Shown here in pieces: positions 60,346 through 64,000 of a DNA stretch of 64,000 bases. Source of the DNA: a virus (taxonomy: Duplodnaviria > Caudoviricetes). The translations under genes and the position numbers were made by a program. Positions within the stretch are counted from its first letter, which is position 1. Each line of letters starts with the position of its first letter. The stretch is taken from positions 3,327 to 67,326 of IMG/VR virus record IMGVR_UViG_3300021256_000102, one strand, 5' to 3'. The notes below the pieces were generated by a model. That model ran no database searches. It was not told the DNA's origin and saw only the letters and a program-made list of their open reading frames with translations.

Positions 60346-62577
60346 TTAATCCCCATCTGGAACATGATCCAATGGTTCTTCAAATAATAATGCCTGCCTC
60401 ATAAAGGCACTCTTATCTTTAATATCTTCTATTTCAAGAAGAGTCTTATACCAATGATCAAAATCATAATCTTCTGGCATAAATTCAATTGCTTCAATTG
60501 GATCTTCTGGAGATCTTTCATAAAATTGTAATGCCGGTACTAAAAATTCATATCTTTTATGTTTCTTAATCTTCTTAAAGACTAATCTATATCCCATAGC
60601 CTTTAATCTTGTATTAAGAATTTCAGCAGATCTATTCTTTGCTTTATGATCCAACTTAATATCAACATTATAAGGATCTCCGGTAGCAGCTTCTTCTACT
60701 AATCTTCTTCCATGAGGAGATAAAGAATGAAGTAAAAGGTTAATTACTACATACTCTGTTCCCATATGGTCAAAATCTCCAGATTCCATTTGACCAAACT
60801 TAATAGGAGTATTAGAATTGGGCTCTCTATAATTCTTACTAGCCTTACTTTTAGCATTCTCATTTTTGATATTAGTAGAACTTAAGCTAGCAGCAGAGAA
60901 TTTTTCTTCAGCAAACTGTTTAAGTCTTAAACAATATATAGGAGCTGCTATCATAGGTCTTCTAGATTTTATAAATCTATAATTTCCTCTAGAATCTACA
61001 ATTGGAACCATTAGATAAGACTGGCTTATCCATGGAAAAGCTTCATATAATCTACCAAGTTTATCAATATCCATTGTTTCACTCATAGGGTTATTAGAAA
61101 TAGGAATACAAGTCTTCTGAAGCATACTTTCTAAATAATAAATCATATTCTGTATATCAAAAGACTTAATATATCTATTCATTTCTTCATACTGCTTAGG
61201 AGACTGTAACTGAATAAACTTCATTATATCTGCCATAGCAGCATCTATATCATCTCCATAATATCCAGATCTAATTCTATCAAGAATACACATAGAAATA
61301 TAATTGATTTCTAATTCAAAAATCTGTCCAGCATTCTCTCTATTATACATAGTAGAAGAATTCTTAATCATTTCTATAGGCATTCCATTAGCCATCTTAG
61401 GCATTAATTCACTCGGAACAATCTTAGAAATTACGCCTTTTCCACCATATCTATCTGCTACTTTATCCCCAACTCCTAATGGTCTGTTCTCCATAACAGT
61501 AAATTCAATTCTAATATTAGAGAACATTTTCTTCTCCATGAATTTTTTACCATTAACTTCAGAAACAGCTCTAGAATATAATTTATCCAATCTATATGTA
61601 AGCTCATATCCTTGTGCTTTATAAGGACCTACAGCATCCATAATCTCTGTACACATTCTAATTCTATCTCTATAATAAGCATAAAACTGCTGATTATATG
61701 TAGACTTAGAAATATATTCAGGATTATTACAATAAAGCTGAATATCAATTACTTTACCTTTAATAGTAATTTTATCATCAGACATCATCATCTGCTGAAG
61801 ACGAGATACAGATTGTGTATAGATTGCTTCTTCTCTCTTTTCCCTACGATAAGCAAGAAGTATTCCATCTTTAACATCTTCTCCAATATCAGGAAATACT
61901 TTATAAATAGAATCATCTCCATAAATATTAAGAGGAATATCATTCTCATTTAAGATAATTTCTACTGTACGAATAAGAGGAGCAGAAAGTTTTTGAGAGC
62001 AAGTATCAGAGATAATTACAGAATCTTCCATATTATGATCAAGAGCCATATAAGCAGTATTTACATTATATCCATCAGCTTTATTTCCATAAGCATCAAA
62101 TCCAGTAGAACGACGAAGAATAGTATGTGGTGGTATAATAGATCCAGGAAGAGAATAAGCATCCAAGGTTGAATTATTATAGAGAAATCCATAACACTCA
62201 GTCTGATACTTATATGATACTCTCTCTAATACATCGAGAGTTTGAGTATTAAGATCTTTAACTATGAGATAATAATGATGATTAGGTGCATAAGAAAACT
62301 TAGAGATCTTAGCAAGCACCTCCAGATTGGAGGTGCCTGTATCTATAATAGAAGAAGATCTCTCACCAAAACGGTTCTCAAAGCCAGTAGCAAGATAAGG
62401 AGGCTGAGCTTGTGATAATGTAAGATGATGGGAAGTATGGGTTGAATGCATCAGCTTCCTTGATCCACTATTAGTAGCTGTATTTGGTTGAATTAGACCT
62501 TTACCAAGCATTGCTTCTTTAGAATCCAAATTTGAATAAGATTCATTTACTTGATCTATAAAATTATTTGATTTCAT
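60346..62577 (-). CDS. rpoB: RNA polymerase beta subunit C-terminal fragment (probably non-virion RNAP)
   Basis: NSGSRKLM, NMEDSVIIS, VGDKVADRYGGKGVISKI, SSTMYNRENAGQIFE, PIKFGQME; both early (62644-62662) and late (62601-62612) promoter types upstream. Confidence 0.92.
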   Translation of the reverse strand: MKSNNFIDQVNESYSNLDSKEAMLGKGLIQPNTATNSGSRKLMHSTHTSHHLTLSQAQPPYLATGFENRFGERSSSIIDTGTSNLEVLAKISKFSYAPNHHYYLIVKDLNTQTLDVLERVSYKYQTECYGFLYNNSTLDAYSLPGSIIPPHTILRRSTGFDAYGNKADGYNVNTAYMALDHNMEDSVIISDTCSQKLSAPLIRTVEIILNENDIPLNIYGDDSIYKVFPDIGEDVKDGILLAYRREKREEAIYTQSVSRLQQMMMSDDKITIKGKVIDIQLYCNNPEYISKSTYNQQFYAYYRDRIRMCTEIMDAVGPYKAQGYELTYRLDKLYSRAVSEVNGKKFMEKKMFSNIRIEFTVMENRPLGVGDKVADRYGGKGVISKIVPSELMPKMANGMPIEMIKNSSTMYNRENAGQIFELEINYISMCILDRIRSGYYGDDIDAAMADIMKFIQLQSPKQYEEMNRYIKSFDIQNMIYYLESMLQKTCIPISNNPMSETMDIDKLGRLYEAFPWISQSYLMVPIVDSRGNYRFIKSRRPMIAAPIYCLRLKQFAEEKFSAASLSSTNIKNENAKSKASKNYREPNSNTPIKFGQMESGDFDHMGTEYVVINLLLHSLSPHGRRLVEEAATGDPYNVDIKLDHKAKNRSAEILNTRLKAMGYRLVFKKIKKHKRYEFLVPALQFYERSPEDPIEAIEFMPEDYDFDHWYKTLLEIEDIKDKSAFMRQALLFEEPLDHVPDGD

Positions 62578-62663
62578 TTTTATTATTTCTCCTTATTAAT
62601 TATAAAATTGTGATGCATATGATAAAAAATGAATATCATACACATCACATTTATAATATATAT

Positions 62664-63395
62664 TTAATCTTTAATTTGATCCTGAGAGATTGGCCTTCCG
62701 AATTCATCTAAAAAATAAATAGCATTAATAGGATTTCTATTATCTTCTCTTCCTCTCATTGCTTCTTCAAAATTCCATCCTCTTTGAATCCTTACCCTTG
62801 CAGTATTAGTATTAACTCCAAAAGCTCTAGTCCAATCTGTAAGAGTCATATTATGATTATTATAATTAATCATTACATTTGATCTTGTATTATTAGTTTG
62901 AACAATTCTTGGAGCCCATCTACAATTTTCTGGAGTATAATTTCCATTAGGATCTATTCTATCTAAAGTCCATCCATTTACATATGTTGGAGCCATATCT
63001 GAATAAAAATTCATAAATCCATCTTCTTCATCTAACCATCTTTGACAAACTATAATTCCTCTTCCACCATAATTCTTATAATCTTTATTTTTAGGATTAT
63101 AACATCTAGATTTCATAGCAATATAATGCATATATTCTTTTGTTTTAGATAATCCATGTGTAGTTCCAGCTGGATAGTCTTTAGCATAACATCCACAGCT
63201 AATTGTAGGTCTATTAGTTTTTGTAAGTGCATGACCTGCTACGATAGTTTCATTTCCACATTCACATCTACATTTAAACATTTTAACAGTATGTCCATTA
63301 GGTTCTCTATGAATAGGAGCTTCTTCTATTACAGTAAGTCTTCCATATTTATCTCCTATTTCTACATGTTTATATCCATTTTTATCAACAATCAT
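62664..63395 (-). CDS. Free-standing HNH homing endonuclease, paralog of 13338..14096
   Basis: GDKYGRLTV...CRCECG...SCGC...HG, RCYNP, YGGRGI, TLDRIDPNGNYTPENCRW; late-type AACA-N6-TA at 63426-63437. Confidence 0.88.
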   Translation of the reverse strand: MIVDKNGYKHVEIGDKYGRLTVIEEAPIHREPNGHTVKMFKCRCECGNETIVAGHALTKTNRPTISCGCYAKDYPAGTTHGLSKTKEYMHYIAMKSRCYNPKNKDYKNYGGRGIIVCQRWLDEEDGFMNFYSDMAPTYVNGWTLDRIDPNGNYTPENCRWAPRIVQTNNTRSNVMINYNNHNMTLTDWTRAFGVNTNTARVRIQRGWNFEEAMRGREDNRNPINAIYFLDEFGRPISQDQIKD

Positions 63396-63513
63396 AATAT
63401 TATCCTTTCTATAAATATATCTTTATATTATATTGTTGTAATGTTAGTAAAGTTTTAATAATCCAGAAATTAATGATTGATATACATTTTCATCATTAAT
63501 TAAAAAATAAAAA

Positions 63514-63539
63514 GAGGAGAGAAATCAATTTCTCTCCTC
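63514..63539 (-). terminator. Terminator hairpin (U tract on minus strand)
   Basis: GAGGAGAGAAAT...ATTTCTCTCCTC with A run on left. Confidence 0.8.
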
Positions 63540-63577
63540 ACTATTATCAATTTGTATTATAAACATTATAATATAGA

Positions 63578-63649
63578 TTATTTCTTACGTAATCTAATGA
63601 TAATGTTTGTATAGATAATATGTCCATTTGGTAGATAAACTTTAAACAT
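63578..63649 (-). CDS. Small peptide (23 aa) MFKVYLPNGHIIYTNIIIRLRKK
   Basis: AGAAAGGAGG SD 9 nt before ATG, own early promoter and terminator. Confidence 0.6.
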   Translation of the reverse strand: MFKVYLPNGHIIYTNIIIRLRKK

Positions 63650-63716
63650 TATCGCTACCTCCTTTCTTATAGACTGAATAAAGATAAAGCATTGCTGGTA
63701 CTTTATATATTCTTTA

Positions 63717-63736
63717 TTCATATTTATAATATCTAT
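63717..63736 (-). promoter_or_regulatory. Early-type promoter for the 23-aa ORF
   Basis: ATAGATATTATAA-ata-TGAA on minus strand. Confidence 0.7.
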
Positions 63737-63763
63737 TTGAAAGGAGGAAATTCTAAAATTATT

Positions 63764-63787
63764 CCAGAGGAGATTGCTCTCCTCTGG
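63764..63787. terminator. Terminator hairpin
   Basis: CCAGAGGAGA-ttgc-TCTCCTCTGG then TTTTT on plus; arms match the 8130 hairpin. Confidence 0.8.
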
Positions 63788-63802
63788 TTTTTATTATTTA
63801 TT

Positions 63803-63997
63803 TTAACTTACATAAAATAATTTAAATGAACTTATACTTCCATGCCAATAATGACCATAATTACCTTCATTATCTATATAAGCTTCCAATATAATAGTAT
63901 TATCTATTTGAGTATAAGTATTATTTGTATTTGTTAATTCTGTATCTAAATTACTATATGATTCATTTACTTAATCTATAAAATTATTTGATTTCAT
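63803..63997 (-). pseudogene. 64-codon frame starting with a copy of the RNAP beta-C N-terminus, TAA at codon 9
   Basis: 63961-64000 matches 62541-62580 at 39/40 nt; MKSNNFID*VNESYSNLD vs MKSNNFIDQVNESYSNLD, then unrelated open frame. Confidence 0.7.
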
Positions 63998-64000
63998 TTT

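Larger units (their letters stand above)
63562..63790 (+). ncRNA. Candidate late antisense RNA to the 23-aa ORF
   Basis: AACAttataaTA at 63562-63573; ends at hairpin 63764-63787 whose T tract is on plus; no ORF after its SD-like GAAAGGAGG. Confidence 0.35.

Noticed and set aside
5814-63458. The many other short ORFs of the track nested in or opposite long genes
   Set aside because: No SD, composition typical of off-frame or antisense AT-rich DNA, and they overlap well-supported genes.
1-64000. Stop-codon recoding as in some gut megaphages
   Set aside because: Core genes are full length in the standard code and end at TAA, TAG and TGA; the single internal TAA at 63971-73 is isolated.
1-64000. 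tRNA, rRNA or tmRNA genes
   Set aside because: No T-arm GTTCRA plus cloverleaf or rRNA-like sequence found by eye.

Overview
This is a very AT-rich, densely coding segment of a jumbo myophage genome of the phiKZ/AR9 (PBS1)-like type, read in the standard genetic code. Strong AAGGAGG ribosome-binding sites and an SH3b+SLT cell-wall enzyme suggest a Bacillota host (inference). Core genes present are terminase large subunit, portal, tail sheath and tube, a tail-fibre/adhesin module containing two GT2 glycosyltransferases, four split RNA polymerase pieces (beta-N, beta-C, beta'-middle, probable beta'-C), the N-terminal half of a split family B DNA polymerase, an SbcC/Rad50-like ATPase, an NAD-dependent ligase and two free-standing HNH endonucleases. 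Two promoter classes can be read by eye: early-type WATATTATAA-N3-TGAW (all on the minus strand) and AR9-late-like NAC(A/T)-N6-TA. About 19 GC-rich terminator hairpins punctuate the window. The main leads are an intact early rtcB-prfH ribosome repair/rescue operon, a multi-stem ~240 nt candidate ncRNA at 50013-50258, two loci where tiny SD-led ORFs are overlapped by a predicted late antisense RNA (63542-63790 and 19298-19540), and a stop-containing copy of the RNAP beta-C 5' end lying on the far side of an HNH gene. No tRNA, rRNA or CRISPR array was seen. All assignments come from motif recognition by eye; no database search was run.
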